Both the position numbers and the translations under genes were made by a program. Shown here piece after piece: positions 1 to 9,781 of a stretch of 64,000 bases of DNA. Origin of the DNA: an uncultured Gammaproteobacteria bacterium (lineage in GTDB: Bacteria > Patescibacteriota > Patescibacteriia > UBA11705 > JABHMO01); the NCBI GenBank assembly GCA_964590105.1, contig CAZPYM010000001.1, positions 76,768 to 140,767 of the forward strand. The letters are read 5' to 3'. The notes under the pieces were generated by a model. That model saw only the letters and a list, made by a program, of their open reading frames with translations. It made no database searches and was not told where the DNA came from. The first letter of the stretch is position 1; each line of letters starts with the position of its first letter.

Positions 1-681
1 GACAGTTTAGGGCAGGAATTAAAAGGTTTGAAAATTGGCGTGCCGAAAGAATATTTTGTCAAAGGAATGGACAAGCAGGTTGAAACGGTTGTTAAAAAAG
101 CAATAAAAAATTTAAGCAAGCTGGGTGTTGAGATTGTTGAAATTAATTTACCAATGACAAAATATGCGCTGGCAACTTATTATATTTTAATGCCGGCTGA
201 AGTCAGTTCAAACCTGGCGCGTTATGATGGCGTGAGATACGGTTTTCGCGCCGAAGCCGGTAATTTGTTGGAAATGTATTTGCAGACACGCAGGCAGGGC
301 TTTGGCGAGGAGGCGCGCCGCAGAGTTATGCTCGGTACTTATGTTTTGTCGTCAGGTTATTATGACGCATATTACAAAAAAGCTCAGCAAGTCAGGCGAC
401 TGATAAAAAATGATTTTGACAAAGCATTTGAACAGGTTGATTGCATTGTCACTCCGACTTCCCCCACTACTGCTTTTAATTTGGGTGAAAAATTTGACGA
501 TCCTCTGACTATGTATTTGGCTGATATTTTTACAGTGTCCGCCAATGTGGCCGGACTGCCGGCGATTTCAATCCCTTGCGGCAAAGCCAATAAAATGCCC
601 GTAGGTTTGCAGTTTATTGGAAAATATTTTGATGAAAAAACACTGTTTGATATTTCATCTCGGGCTGAAAGTATTTTTTAG
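1..681 (+). CDS. gatA: Asp/Glu-tRNA amidotransferase subunit A, 5'-truncated by window edge
   Basis: GatA C-terminal motifs SSNLARYDGVRYG, YYDAYYKKAQQVR, MYLADIFTVSANVAGLPAISIPCG. Confidence 0.95.
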   Translation, partial: DSLGQELKGLKIGVPKEYFVKGMDKQVETVVKKAIKNLSKLGVEIVEINLPMTKYALATYYILMPAEVSSNLARYDGVRYGFRAEAGNLLEMYLQTRRQGFGEEARRRVMLGTYVLSSGYYDAYYKKAQQVRRLIKNDFDKAFEQVDCIVTPTSPTTAFNLGEKFDDPLTMYLADIFTVSANVAGLPAISIPCGKANKMPVGLQFIGKYFDEKTLFDISSRAESIF

Positions 682-684
682 CCT

Positions 685-1137
685 ATGAATAATATGGAGA
701 TTGTTTTTGAACCAGCAATTATAGACTATGTGATTGGTGTCGTGGCGGTTGCAATCGCGGTTGTGGTAATTGTGGCGGTTTACTTTTTTCGGAAAAATAA
801 AAGATTGGAGGGCGTGGATAGAAAATTTGTTCAGGAACAGTGGAGAAAAATTGAAGAACTTTTTTCTTATGGCAAAGACATGAATTTTAAGCTGGCGGTG
901 ATTGAGGCTGACAAGCTACTGGATGAAGTTTTGAAATTAATGCATTTTCCCGGCAATACAATGGCTGCGCGATTAAAATTAGCTTCATATAAATTTCCAA
1001 AATTAAAAAGCGTTTGGTGGGCGCACAAAGTCCGCAATCATGTGGTGCATGATGTGCGTTATAATTTACGGCACGGAGAAACGAAAATGGTTTTGAAGCT
1101 GTTCCGCGCGGCGCTCAAAGAATTAAATGCATTATAA
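685..1137 (+). CDS. hypothetical membrane-anchored protein
   Basis: 150-aa ORF, N-terminal TM helix, motifs AVIEADKLLD and WWAHKVRNHVVH; operonic with gatA. Confidence 0.75.
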   Translation: MNNMEIVFEPAIIDYVIGVVAVAIAVVVIVAVYFFRKNKRLEGVDRKFVQEQWRKIEELFSYGKDMNFKLAVIEADKLLDEVLKLMHFPGNTMAARLKLASYKFPKLKSVWWAHKVRNHVVHDVRYNLRHGETKMVLKLFRAALKELNAL

Positions 1138-1138
1138 T

Positions 1139-2308
1139 ATGAAAAAATTTTTTTTGTTTTTTGCTTTTATTTTGCTAATACTTTTACCTGTGCATTTTTC
1201 CGGCGCGGCTAGTGTTGATTTGGGACTGAAACCTTTGGAAATAAGACTTTCAAAGGACACGGTAAATCTGATTATTGGCGAGCCGGTGAGAATCTACACA
1301 TACGTCGTAAATTTGGGCGAGCAGGATGCTTCAGGTTATGTTGTTTTCATGCGGGGACAGGAATTGATCGGTCAGGCGCCGGTTTCCCTGACTTCCGGCG
1401 GAGTAAAAGACGAAGTGTATGTTGATTTTACTGTGCCAGCAAGTGATTTTAATATTTTAGTTAAATTGGTTTCCATTGTGCCTGATGATGAGGATGATAG
1501 CAATAATGCGATTTTAAGCCCGATGTATCATGTTCAGGAAGACGCAGACAGTGACGGGCTTGGAAATGATATTGACACAGACGATGATAATGACGGTTTA
1601 ACTGATTTGGAGGAACAAGCGCTAGGCACGGACAAAGACTTGCAAGATACAGACGCCGATGGCGTGATTGATCCGGAAGACGAGTTTCCCCTGGATCCAT
1701 TAAAAACAAAAAAAGAAGTGATAGTGCCGGTTCCTGTACCCGAGCCGGAAGTGAAAAAGATTGAGCCGGTCCAGGTGCCGAAAGCAGTTGCTCAGCCGAA
1801 GCAGGAAGAAAAAAAGATTTTTGATGTCCTTAAGGATGACGAAAAAGAAAAAAAAGTAGAAATAGTGGAAGAATTTTATAAATCGCCGGAAGTGGAATTG
1901 TTAAAGGAAATTAAAATTAGCGCACAGCAGATTAATTGGAATACTTATGATTTTTCTTTTACTACAAATATTGCTGATTTGAATAATGAAAAATTAGAAT
2001 ATCTATGGGGTTTTAGCGATGGTAGTGAAAGCGTAAAAAATGGCAGTCACAAGTTTCGTGGCACAGGAGAATATTTTGTCACCCTAAAGGTCAAGGGGCC
2101 GTGGGAAAATGATTTGTATGATAGCATAACAGTCAAAATAAATTTTTGGTCGGTTTACAATTATTGGTTGTGGCTGATTGTGTTAATTGTTGCTTGTTTG
2201 ATTTTCTTGTACAGCTATGAATTTAGGCACAAAACTTCAGTTGAGTCGGAACCTGAACAAAGGCAATTGAGAAAACCAAAGATAAGAAAAATAAAAGAGG
2301 AGGAATAA
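1139..2308 (+). CDS. secreted/membrane-anchored protein with Ig-like, Ca-binding DxDxDG (thrombospondin type 3-like) repeats and PKD-like domain
   Basis: Signal peptide MKKFFLFF..., DADSDGLGNDIDTDDDNDGL repeats, YLWGFSDG..H.F...GEYFVTLKV PKD motif, C-terminal TM. Confidence 0.8.
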   Translation: MKKFFLFFAFILLILLPVHFSGAASVDLGLKPLEIRLSKDTVNLIIGEPVRIYTYVVNLGEQDASGYVVFMRGQELIGQAPVSLTSGGVKDEVYVDFTVPASDFNILVKLVSIVPDDEDDSNNAILSPMYHVQEDADSDGLGNDIDTDDDNDGLTDLEEQALGTDKDLQDTDADGVIDPEDEFPLDPLKTKKEVIVPVPVPEPEVKKIEPVQVPKAVAQPKQEEKKIFDVLKDDEKEKKVEIVEEFYKSPEVELLKEIKISAQQINWNTYDFSFTTNIADLNNEKLEYLWGFSDGSESVKNGSHKFRGTGEYFVTLKVKGPWENDLYDSITVKINFWSVYNYWLWLIVLIVACLIFLYSYEFRHKTSVESEPEQRQLRKPKIRKIKEEE

Positions 2309-2312
2309 AAAA

Positions 2313-2918
2313 ATGGCAAGAAAAATAAAAATCGCAGTTGTGGCCGTTTTGATATTGTTTTTTTTGGGCGGCGCATTTATTCAGGCTCGAGCAGCTGAAT
2401 CATTAATGGCCCAGCCTTTGCGGGAAGTCTATGTCAAATATCAACGCGTCGGCTGGCAAATGTATGAATTTGTTGTACAGACGAACTTGGCGCAGCCTTT
2501 TGATTTGCAATATGAATGGCGCATTGATAATAAAGAAACTTTTAATGCTGAGACCCTGCGATATTTTTTTGAGCGCGGTGAGCACGTGGTGAAAGTTAAG
2601 GTTGAAGATAAATACGGTAATGTGGTGTATGATACCGTCAGAATCAATATAAATTTCTGGTCATTAAAAAATAATTGGTTTTGGTGGCTCTTGTATTTGG
2701 TCGTTGTTTTAATAATAATTTATTATTGGATTGTTAAAATTATCTACCTTTTGAACAGAAGGAAAATCAGCAAAGAGGTTAGGTTTTTTATGGATGTTTT
2801 GGACGAACATGGTTGGGTGGAAAAGTTGGTGGCGGAGCACTTAATGAAAGTAAAAAGTAAAAAATTGAAAATTAAAAGTAATAAACAAACAGCTGGGCAA
2901 CGTAAAATTTCTCGCTAA
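2313..2918 (+). CDS. membrane protein with PKD-like domain
   Basis: Signal/TM, YEWRID...GEHVVKVKVED, INFWS..N.W.W TM segment paralogous to the upstream gene's C-terminus. Confidence 0.75.
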   Translation: MARKIKIAVVAVLILFFLGGAFIQARAAESLMAQPLREVYVKYQRVGWQMYEFVVQTNLAQPFDLQYEWRIDNKETFNAETLRYFFERGEHVVKVKVEDKYGNVVYDTVRININFWSLKNNWFWWLLYLVVVLIIIYYWIVKIIYLLNRRKISKEVRFFMDVLDEHGWVEKLVAEHLMKVKSKKLKIKSNKQTAGQRKISR

Positions 2919-2967
2919 ACAGCGTTCGCGCAGTTTCGCGTTTTGTTCTGCGTGGTTTCGCGTAAAT

Positions 2968-3318
2968 ATGTACATGATCCTTCGTTGGCTTATCAACGCG
3001 GTCGGTCTACTCGCGATCGGCTATTTTATTCCGGGCATTGAAGTTGAAAGTCTGTATTACGCCTTAATTTTGGTTGTAATAATCGGACTGGTAAACTTTG
3101 TTCCCGGAATGATTTTGAAAATCATCACTTTTCCGATCAACATTTTGACGCTTGGACTTTCCAATCTTGTAATCAATGCGATTATCTTTTGGTTTGTGGC
3201 GAGTTTTATCCAGGGCTTTGACATCACTATTTGGTGGGGCGGTTTTATCGGGGCGATTTTGTATACGATCGTAACAACTTTCAGCGCCTGGCTTTACAAG
3301 GAAAGTTATTTGCATTAA
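2968..3318 (+). CDS. YvlD/DUF360 'phage holin family' 4-TM membrane protein
   Basis: LRWLINA..., PINILTLGL...INA motif. Confidence 0.85.
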   Translation: MYMILRWLINAVGLLAIGYFIPGIEVESLYYALILVVIIGLVNFVPGMILKIITFPINILTLGLSNLVINAIIFWFVASFIQGFDITIWWGGFIGAILYTIVTTFSAWLYKESYLH

Positions 3319-3323
3319 TCAAT

Positions 3324-3857
3324 ATGAAAATATTACTCCACGCCTGCTGCGCTCCGTGCGGCGGTCAAGTTATTAATGAATTAAAAAAAGAGGGACACAG
3401 TGTGTCTGTTTATTTTTATAACCCTAATATTTTCCCGGAAGATGAATATAATTTGCGGCTAAATGAAGTTCGGCGATATGTGGATAAGTCGGGTGTCGAG
3501 TTGATTGAAGGCAAATACGCGCATGATGAATGGCTCGAGGTTGTAAAAGGCTTGGAAACCGAACTGGAAAGGGGAGAGCGTTGTAGAAAATGTTTTATGC
3601 ATCGACTGGGCGAGGTCGCGCAAAAAGCGAGCGAAGAAGGGTTTGAAGCTTTTGCCACGACCCTGACAATCAGCCCGCACAAGCCGGCGGAAATGATCAA
3701 TCAAATAGGAAAAGAGTTTGCGGAGTTTTATAATTTGAAATTTATTGATAATATTTGGCGAAAAAACGAAGGGTTTAAAAAATCCTGCGAACTTAGCGAG
3801 CAGGAACATTTCCACCGGCAAAATTATTGCGGTTGTGAATTTAGCAGGCGAGAATAG
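3324..3857 (+). CDS. queH: epoxyqueuosine reductase QueH (DUF208)
   Basis: LLHACCAPC, FYNPNI, GERCxxC, TTLTISPHK, RQNYCGCEFS; start reassigned to ATG 3324. Confidence 0.92.
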   Translation: MKILLHACCAPCGGQVINELKKEGHSVSVYFYNPNIFPEDEYNLRLNEVRRYVDKSGVELIEGKYAHDEWLEVVKGLETELERGERCRKCFMHRLGEVAQKASEEGFEAFATTLTISPHKPAEMINQIGKEFAEFYNLKFIDNIWRKNEGFKKSCELSEQEHFHRQNYCGCEFSRRE

Positions 3858-3917
3858 AAAGTAGAATTATAATCGGGAAAAAATAAAACGGCTCAATGAG
3901 TGAGCCGTTTGTGGTTT

Positions 3918-4232
3918 TTACAGGGCGCGTGGTTTGCGTACCTGATGTGGTTCTTTTCCTTCTTCGAAGACCACGACGCCGCCCTTGGCGAAAGGTGCGC
4001 AGCGGGTGATGTGGCAGACATCCCTTTTGCCTACGCGGCGGAGTTTTGCTTCGTAGATGAGCAGGCAGAATCCGGTAGTTTCGTTTTTGTGACAGACGGT
4101 TTGGTCGAAGTAGAACTTGCCTACTCCCAGCCCTTTGCCCAGGTCAACTTCGAGTTCGACCAAGTCGCCGAACGGTTTCTGCGACTTTACTAATCCGAAC
4201 ACGTTGTGAACATCGCTCTGGTTTCTTTGCAT
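3918..4232 (-). CDS. orphan hypothetical protein (104 aa)
   Basis: ATG at 4232 with GGGAG RBS and its own promoter upstream. Confidence 0.6.
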   Translation of the reverse strand: MQRNQSDVHNVFGLVKSQKPFGDLVELEVDLGKGLGVGKFYFDQTVCHKNETTGFCLLIYEAKLRRVGKRDVCHITRCAPFAKGGVVVFEEGKEPHQVRKPRAL

Positions 4233-4287
4233 TGGCGTCTCCCTGCGTTTTTGTGTTTGGTCCCAGAGAACAAATTGAATAAGTTTC

Positions 4288-4316
4288 ATAATACGACATG
4301 ACGGATCGTTTGTCAA
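4288..4316 (-). promoter_or_regulatory. sigma70 promoter for 3918-4232 gene
   Basis: TTGACA-17 nt-TATTAT on minus strand. Confidence 0.7.
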
Positions 4317-4361
4317 GGGCGGATGTTTTTATTTTTGTTGATGTGATAAAATTAAGGCATT

Positions 4362-4929
4362 ATGGAGGAGAAATTGTTCCAGGATAAATATCGCATTAAA
4401 TCAACTCGTTTGGCCAATTGGGTTTATTCGTTGGATGGATTTTATTATGCAACGATTTGCGTTAATGATCGGCGAGAATGTTTTGGGCGCGTTCAGAATG
4501 GGAAAATGATTTTATCGTCAATTGGACAAATTGCGTATGAGTGTTGGTAGAAAATTCCAATATTTTTTCCGTTTGTAACATTGGATGAATATGTTGTAAT
4601 GCCAAATCATGTGCATGGTTTGTTGCGGATTTTGCAATCGCAAGATGATTGTGATCGTGATTACGATTGTGGTAGAGACGCGATTAATCGTGGCTCTACG
4701 GCGGGCGGAACGGCGGTCTTTTGGTGAAATAATGCGGTGGTTCAAAGGTAAATGCACATTTCTTATTCATAGAAGCCATATTAATTTCAAATGGCAACCG
4801 CGTTTTTACGACCATGTTGTGCGCGATCAAAACGATTTGGAGCGCATCCGTCATTATATCCAAACCAATCCGGAACGTTGGTGTCGAGATCGAAATAATT
4901 CCGCCAATGAATTTAAATTTCATGATTGA
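4362..4929 (+). pseudogene. REP-associated tyrosine (Y1 HUH) transposase, RAYT-like, disrupted
   Basis: STRLANW.Y...G.YYATIC, VMPNHVHG (HUH), WQPRFYDHVVR...YIQTNP; in-frame TAG at 4548-4550 plus frameshift near 4700. Confidence 0.85.
4672..4699 (+). repeat. GTAG-type REP palindrome inside RAYT gene
   Basis: GTAGAGACGCGATTAATCGTGGCTCTAC imperfect palindrome; related copy GTAGAGACGCAAAAATTTGCG at 18997. Confidence 0.7.
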
Positions 4930-6892
4930 TTATAAAAAATTATTAAATTCCGAGCAATATCGCGTTGTCACGGAAGCCGACGGGCCGTGTTTGGTTTTGG
5001 CGGGCGCCGGATCGGGCAAGACGCGCACCCTGGTTTTTCGAGTCGCTTATTTGGTTAATCAGGGGATTGATCCGGAAAATATATTATTGGTCACATTCAC
5101 CAACAAAGCGGCAAAAGAAATGCTCGGCCGCTGCGAAAAATTGTTGGGCTTTGCGCCTGAACATTTGTGGGGCGGAACATTTCACCGTATTGGAAATTTA
5201 ATTTTACGGAAATACGCGAACAAGCTTGGCTACAATCGAAATTTTAATATTCTGGACCAGGATGATTCAATTTCCCTTGTAAAGCATTCCATGGAGGCGC
5301 TAGGTTTAAATGTCAAGGGCCAGAATTTTCCCAAAGCCAGCGTTGTTCAGGGCATGATCAGCTTTTCTCGCAATACAAATCAGGAAGTCAGAGAAACCGT
5401 GGAAATAAATTACGGCTACCCTGATTTTGTGGCGGAAAAAGTTGAGCAAATATTATTTACTTATGAAGACAAGAAAAAAGCGTCGAATGTTATGGACTTT
5501 GATGATTTATTGGTTAATTGGCTGCGGCTATTGGAGCAATTTCCTGAGATCAAAGATAGGCTGGCCCGGCAATTCAAATACATTTTAGTTGACGAATATC
5601 AGGACACAAATTATATTCAAGCGGAAATAATCAGACAGCTCTCCGCCTATCATGGCAATGTGCTGGTGGTGGGGGATGATTCGCAGAGCATTTATTCATT
5701 TCGCGCGGCGGACGTGAAAAATATATTAAATTTTCCGAAATTATTTCCCAAGGCAAAGGTTTATAAAATTGAAACCAATTACCGCAGTACGCCGCAGATT
5801 CTCGGCTTGGCCAATGATATTATCAGTCATAATGTTGATCAGTTTGAAAAAAAATTGCGCGCCGAACGAGAGGGCAGTATTTTGCCGGCCTTGATTCCGG
5901 CGCGCGACGAGCACAATCAGGCGATGCTTGTTACCAAAAGAATTATGCAATTGTACCGCGATGGAGAAAATTACAATCAGATTGCTGTTTTGTATCGCGC
6001 CACTTATCAGTCAGCGGAAATCCAACTCGAGCTTAGCAAGCAAAATATTCCCTATGTTGTCCGCGGCGGTATGCGTTATTTTGAACAGGCGCATGTGAAA
6101 GATGTGATTTCATATTTAAAAGTTATGGCCAATTTTCAGGATGAAGTTGCCTGGAAGCGAATTTTGCTGATGCATGAGGGCATTGGTATGAAAAAAGCGG
6201 ATTTAATCTGGGCGCGAATTAAAAAGTTTGGCAAGCTTAGCGAGCTAATTGATTCAAAAATAGAATTCACCGGCAAGGCGGGTAGCAGTTGGCAGAGGAT
6301 TGTGGAAACTTTTCATCAAGTGGACGCCTTGGACAAAAATCAAAAAGGCTATATTGCCGAGGCCATTGAATATATTTTAGAGCATGGCTATGAAGAATAT
6401 TTAAAAAATGCTTATGAAAATTATCGCGACCGACTGGATGATTTAGGGCAATTAATAAATTTTGTGGCTCTTTATTATGATTTGGACAAATTATTGGCTG
6501 ACGTGATGCTTAGCGAATCATTTGCCGATGAACATGAACATGATCAAAGCGCGGTTGTTTTGTCCACAATCCATCAGGCAAAGGGTTTGGAATGGCCGGT
6601 TGTTTTTATAATCGGTTTAAGGGACGGCTATTTCCCGCATCACAAGAGTTTGGAAAACCCAAAAGAATTGGAAGAGGAGCGCCGTTTGTTTTATGTTGCC
6701 GCCACTCGCGCTAAAGATGAATTGAACATGCTTTATCCGGTTCGTTCATTTAGCTACAAATTCGGAGAAATTTATTCCAAGCCGTCAATGTTTATCCGCG
6801 AGCTTGACGACTCCAGATATATGGTTCAGGGAAGACAGCCGTTTGGGGATAATATGGATAGTGATGATGATGTTATTTATGTAAATGATTAG
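4922..6892 (+). CDS. pcrA: ATP-dependent DNA helicase UvrD/PcrA family
   Basis: LAGAGSGKT, VDEYQD, VGDDSQSIY, NYRS, STIHQAKGLEW, EERRLFYVAATRAK. Confidence 0.93.
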   Translation: MIDYKKLLNSEQYRVVTEADGPCLVLAGAGSGKTRTLVFRVAYLVNQGIDPENILLVTFTNKAAKEMLGRCEKLLGFAPEHLWGGTFHRIGNLILRKYANKLGYNRNFNILDQDDSISLVKHSMEALGLNVKGQNFPKASVVQGMISFSRNTNQEVRETVEINYGYPDFVAEKVEQILFTYEDKKKASNVMDFDDLLVNWLRLLEQFPEIKDRLARQFKYILVDEYQDTNYIQAEIIRQLSAYHGNVLVVGDDSQSIYSFRAADVKNILNFPKLFPKAKVYKIETNYRSTPQILGLANDIISHNVDQFEKKLRAEREGSILPALIPARDEHNQAMLVTKRIMQLYRDGENYNQIAVLYRATYQSAEIQLELSKQNIPYVVRGGMRYFEQAHVKDVISYLKVMANFQDEVAWKRILLMHEGIGMKKADLIWARIKKFGKLSELIDSKIEFTGKAGSSWQRIVETFHQVDALDKNQKGYIAEAIEYILEHGYEEYLKNAYENYRDRLDDLGQLINFVALYYDLDKLLADVMLSESFADEHEHDQSAVVLSTIHQAKGLEWPVVFIIGLRDGYFPHHKSLENPKELEEERRLFYVAATRAKDELNMLYPVRSFSYKFGEIYSKPSMFIRELDDSRYMVQGRQPFGDNMDSDDDVIYVND

Positions 6893-6976
6893 TATAGATT
6901 TTTTAAATTCTTATTATTATGAAAATAATTCAAAAACACCAAAAAGGTGTTTTTTTGTATAATTTTAGTTGAAACA

Positions 6977-7005
6977 TTGACAAAAATCATTAGATGTGAT
7001 ATAAT
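6977..7005 (+). promoter_or_regulatory. consensus sigma70 promoter
   Basis: TTGACA-17 nt-TATAAT. Confidence 0.85.
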
Positions 7006-7060
7006 ACCTTGTTAAGGGAAGGTCCTTTGACAATGGTCTAACTATTAATGGAGGGATGAA

Positions 7061-8899
7061 ATGTACGCATTGTTCATGGCTTTTGTGGTGTCTTTGCTTG
7101 GCGTTGTGCCACTCATGATCCGGAGGCGTTTTCTGCCTGCCGCAGTTGCCGGCGCCATCATGACGATTCCCTGGTGGATCGCGCTCTACTGCACCTGTCC
7201 GTCGTTGGTCTGGCCGCTGTGGGGCTGGATTGGTGGAGCAGTGGTAATCAACTGGCTCATTTCCGCCATTATCGACGGAGTGGTGAAGGATGAGCCAACC
7301 CTGACACTGCTGTTCCCTGTCATTGGGATGGGGATCCTGGCCATTGTGTCGCTCAGTGGCTGGGGATTGTTTCGCGCCAGCGATTACAGGAACCTTATCG
7401 GTGAAGTTCAGAAGATGGAGTTTACCAAGGATATGCAACCGAGCGACCCGGCCCACATCCGGATCGTGCCGCGGGAGCTGGCTGAATTCATGGCTGACAA
7501 GCAGCTCGGCGAAGCGGAGGGCTCCATCGGCAGTCAGTATCGAGTTGCCAAGGAATTGATGACGATCCAACGAGTGAACGGTGAATTGTGGTGGATCGCG
7601 CCGCTCGACTACAACGGATTCTCTGTCTGGACCTCGGTCGGCACAGTTCCCGGCTATGTCAAGGTGAATGCTGAGGATCCCTACCGGCCGGTGGAGTTGG
7701 TGCTTGACAAGCAGTACAAGTACACGCCGGGAGCATATTTCGGCGACAACCTGGAACGACATTTGTGGACCAATGGTTACATGACCAGAGGGCTCACGGA
7801 GTACTCGTTTGAAGAAGACGAGGCTGGCAAAGGTTGGTGGGTGGTGTCGGTGTTTGAGCCGACCATCAGCTACTGGGGAGAGAAGATCACCGGCGTGGCT
7901 GTGGTTGACCCGGCTTCGGGGGAAATTACTTTTTACGGAAAGGATGAGATCCCTGACTGGCTCGACAGAGCAGTTCCCCGGGAGTTTGCGGTTCAGTACA
8001 TGTCGAACTGGGGAAAGTTCACCCATGGATGGTGGAACACTCTCTGGGGCAAGAAGGAAGTCATGGATGTGACCCCGATGGGGAAAAACGAGGACTTCGT
8101 TGAAGTGATTTACGGCGCTGACGGCGAACCGTACTGGTTCACCGGCATTACGTCGGCCAGCAAGGAAGACGCGGCTCTGGTGAGCGTGATGTACATGCAC
8201 ACGCGCACCGGCAAGGTCATTGATTATCGGATTTCGGGGTTGAACGAAGAAGCAGTCATGCACGTTGTCAACAACGAAATCCATTACAAGGGCTGGACCG
8301 GCAGTACGCCAATGCTCTTCAATTTTTACGGGCGGGCGATCTGGGTGAGCACAGTGCTCGGCCAGAGCAACACGTTCAAGGGCGTCGCCCTGGTAGATGC
8401 GGATAACCAGAAGATCTACTGGGATGAGAACAACCCGCTTGGCGGATTTGCCAAGTTGCGGGTGGAGCTCGGCCAAGAACAGATCGCGGTGCCGCTCTCT
8501 ACGAGTGATGAACGGATTGCTTTCTCGGGGACGGTGGCAAGGATTGCTCTCGAAGGCTCGAATTACTACGTGCTGGTGAATGACTTGCCGCACGCCCTCG
8601 CTGGAACAAAGAGCATTTCGCTCGATCTGATTTTCACCCGGCCCGGCGATTCTGTGAAGGGCGAGTATCTTCAGTCCGGGGAAGATATTTTCTCACTGGC
8701 TTCCTTCGACAATCTGGCTGTAGAGCTCAAGCCTTCTGCCAAGCAGGAAGAACTGCGGGAGCGGACGGCAGGGCATCAGGAGGAAGTGAGGAATACGGAA
8801 GATTCCCGGGACATGAAGAAGCAGGTTGACAACATGAGTCCCGAGGAGCTGCGGCAGCTGCTCGAACTCAAGAAACAGGCGCAGGATAGCAAGGAGTAA
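7061..8899 (+). CDS. hypothetical membrane protein (N-terminal TM bundle, large extracytoplasmic domain), GC-rich orphan
   Basis: 612-aa ORF, GGAGG RBS, about 4 N-terminal TM helices, visibly higher GC3 than flanks, own promoter and terminator. Confidence 0.85.
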   Translation: MYALFMAFVVSLLGVVPLMIRRRFLPAAVAGAIMTIPWWIALYCTCPSLVWPLWGWIGGAVVINWLISAIIDGVVKDEPTLTLLFPVIGMGILAIVSLSGWGLFRASDYRNLIGEVQKMEFTKDMQPSDPAHIRIVPRELAEFMADKQLGEAEGSIGSQYRVAKELMTIQRVNGELWWIAPLDYNGFSVWTSVGTVPGYVKVNAEDPYRPVELVLDKQYKYTPGAYFGDNLERHLWTNGYMTRGLTEYSFEEDEAGKGWWVVSVFEPTISYWGEKITGVAVVDPASGEITFYGKDEIPDWLDRAVPREFAVQYMSNWGKFTHGWWNTLWGKKEVMDVTPMGKNEDFVEVIYGADGEPYWFTGITSASKEDAALVSVMYMHTRTGKVIDYRISGLNEEAVMHVVNNEIHYKGWTGSTPMLFNFYGRAIWVSTVLGQSNTFKGVALVDADNQKIYWDENNPLGGFAKLRVELGQEQIAVPLSTSDERIAFSGTVARIALEGSNYYVLVNDLPHALAGTKSISLDLIFTRPGDSVKGEYLQSGEDIFSLASFDNLAVELKPSAKQEELRERTAGHQEEVRNTEDSRDMKKQVDNMSPEELRQLLELKKQAQDSKE

Positions 8900-8919
8900 T
8901 CCTCGCGCCATACATAAGG

Positions 8920-8958
8920 CAGGGCTTCAGTTCTTAACTGAAGCCCTGTTTTCTTTTT
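8920..8958 (+). terminator. intrinsic terminator
   Basis: CAGGGCTTCAGTT-CTT-AACTGAAGCCCTG followed by T-tract. Confidence 0.85.
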
Positions 8959-9007
8959 GAAATTTTTGTTAAAATGTATACATAAACCTTTTAATTGTCC
9001 CTATCCT

Positions 9008-9625
9008 ATGGAAGGCAAAAAATTCGTCACTATTTCCGGCAATATCGGCATCGGCAAATCAACACTGACAAAGAAGTTGGCGGATTATTATGGTTTTAAA
9101 CAATATCTGGAGCCAGTGGCGGAAAATCCTTATTTGGAAGATTTTTACAAGGACATGAAAAAATGGGCCTTTCATTCGCAAATGTATTTTCTTGGCAAGC
9201 GATTGCAGGATCATTACACTTTGGTTGTGGATAAACATTCGGTGATCCAGGACAGATGCATTTACGAGAACGCGGAAATTTTTGCCAAATATTTGCATCG
9301 GCGCGGATTTATTTCCAAGCGAGACTGGAAAGTGTATCAAACTATTTATAAAACCTTTACCCGCGTTTTGCCGGCGCCGGATCTGGTTATTTATTTAAAA
9401 GCTTCAACAGACAAAATAATGCAGCGAATAGAAAAGCGCGGCCGCGAATTTGAAAAAGGAATTTCCAAGCGCTATATTGAAGACTTGAATAATCTGTATG
9501 ATGACTGGGCGGGTAATTTTAAATTGTCGCAAGTTATTATTATTAATTATGATGATCTGGATCTAAAAAATAATGCCATTGATTTTGAGAACTTTTTGTC
9601 GGTGGTGAATGAGTGTTTGAAATAA
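9008..9625 (+). CDS. deoxynucleoside kinase (dAK/dCK/dGK family)
   Basis: ISGNIGIGKST P-loop, ENPYLEDFY, QDRCIYE, PDLVIYL, RIEKRGREFE. Confidence 0.92.
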   Translation: MEGKKFVTISGNIGIGKSTLTKKLADYYGFKQYLEPVAENPYLEDFYKDMKKWAFHSQMYFLGKRLQDHYTLVVDKHSVIQDRCIYENAEIFAKYLHRRGFISKRDWKVYQTIYKTFTRVLPAPDLVIYLKASTDKIMQRIEKRGREFEKGISKRYIEDLNNLYDDWAGNFKLSQVIIINYDDLDLKNNAIDFENFLSVVNECLK

Positions 9626-9764
9626 AACACGAATGGGCTGCACGCGAATGACGCGAATTAGAGAGTAAATCGAAGACAACGAAGCAATGAAATAAAGAAA
9701 CAATTAATCAACAAAGAGATTTGTTGGTTTTTTGATTTTAGGATGATTTACCATGGTAAAAAAG

Positions 9765-9773
9765 TTATCCACA
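9765..9773 (+). promoter_or_regulatory. perfect DnaA box abutting the ncRNA promoter
   Basis: TTATCCACA, 8 nt upstream of the -35 hexamer. Confidence 0.55.
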
Positions 9774-9781
9774 GGGGGCTC

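Noticed and set aside
2968-3318. 'Phage holin' as prophage evidence
   Set aside because: The YvlD/DUF360 family is commonly chromosomal; no capsid, terminase or integrase gene is in the window.
3900-4193. Plus-strand 97-aa ORF
   Set aside because: The minus-strand ORF has the promoter and RBS; this is its shadow.
4548-4550. In-frame TAG as stop-codon recoding
   Set aside because: The same gene also has a frameshift, and TAG/TGA/TAA all terminate conserved genes normally in this window.
6965-8593. 542-aa minus-strand ORF
   Set aside because: Antisense shadow of the GC3-rich 7061-8899 gene, which has the promoter, SD and terminator.
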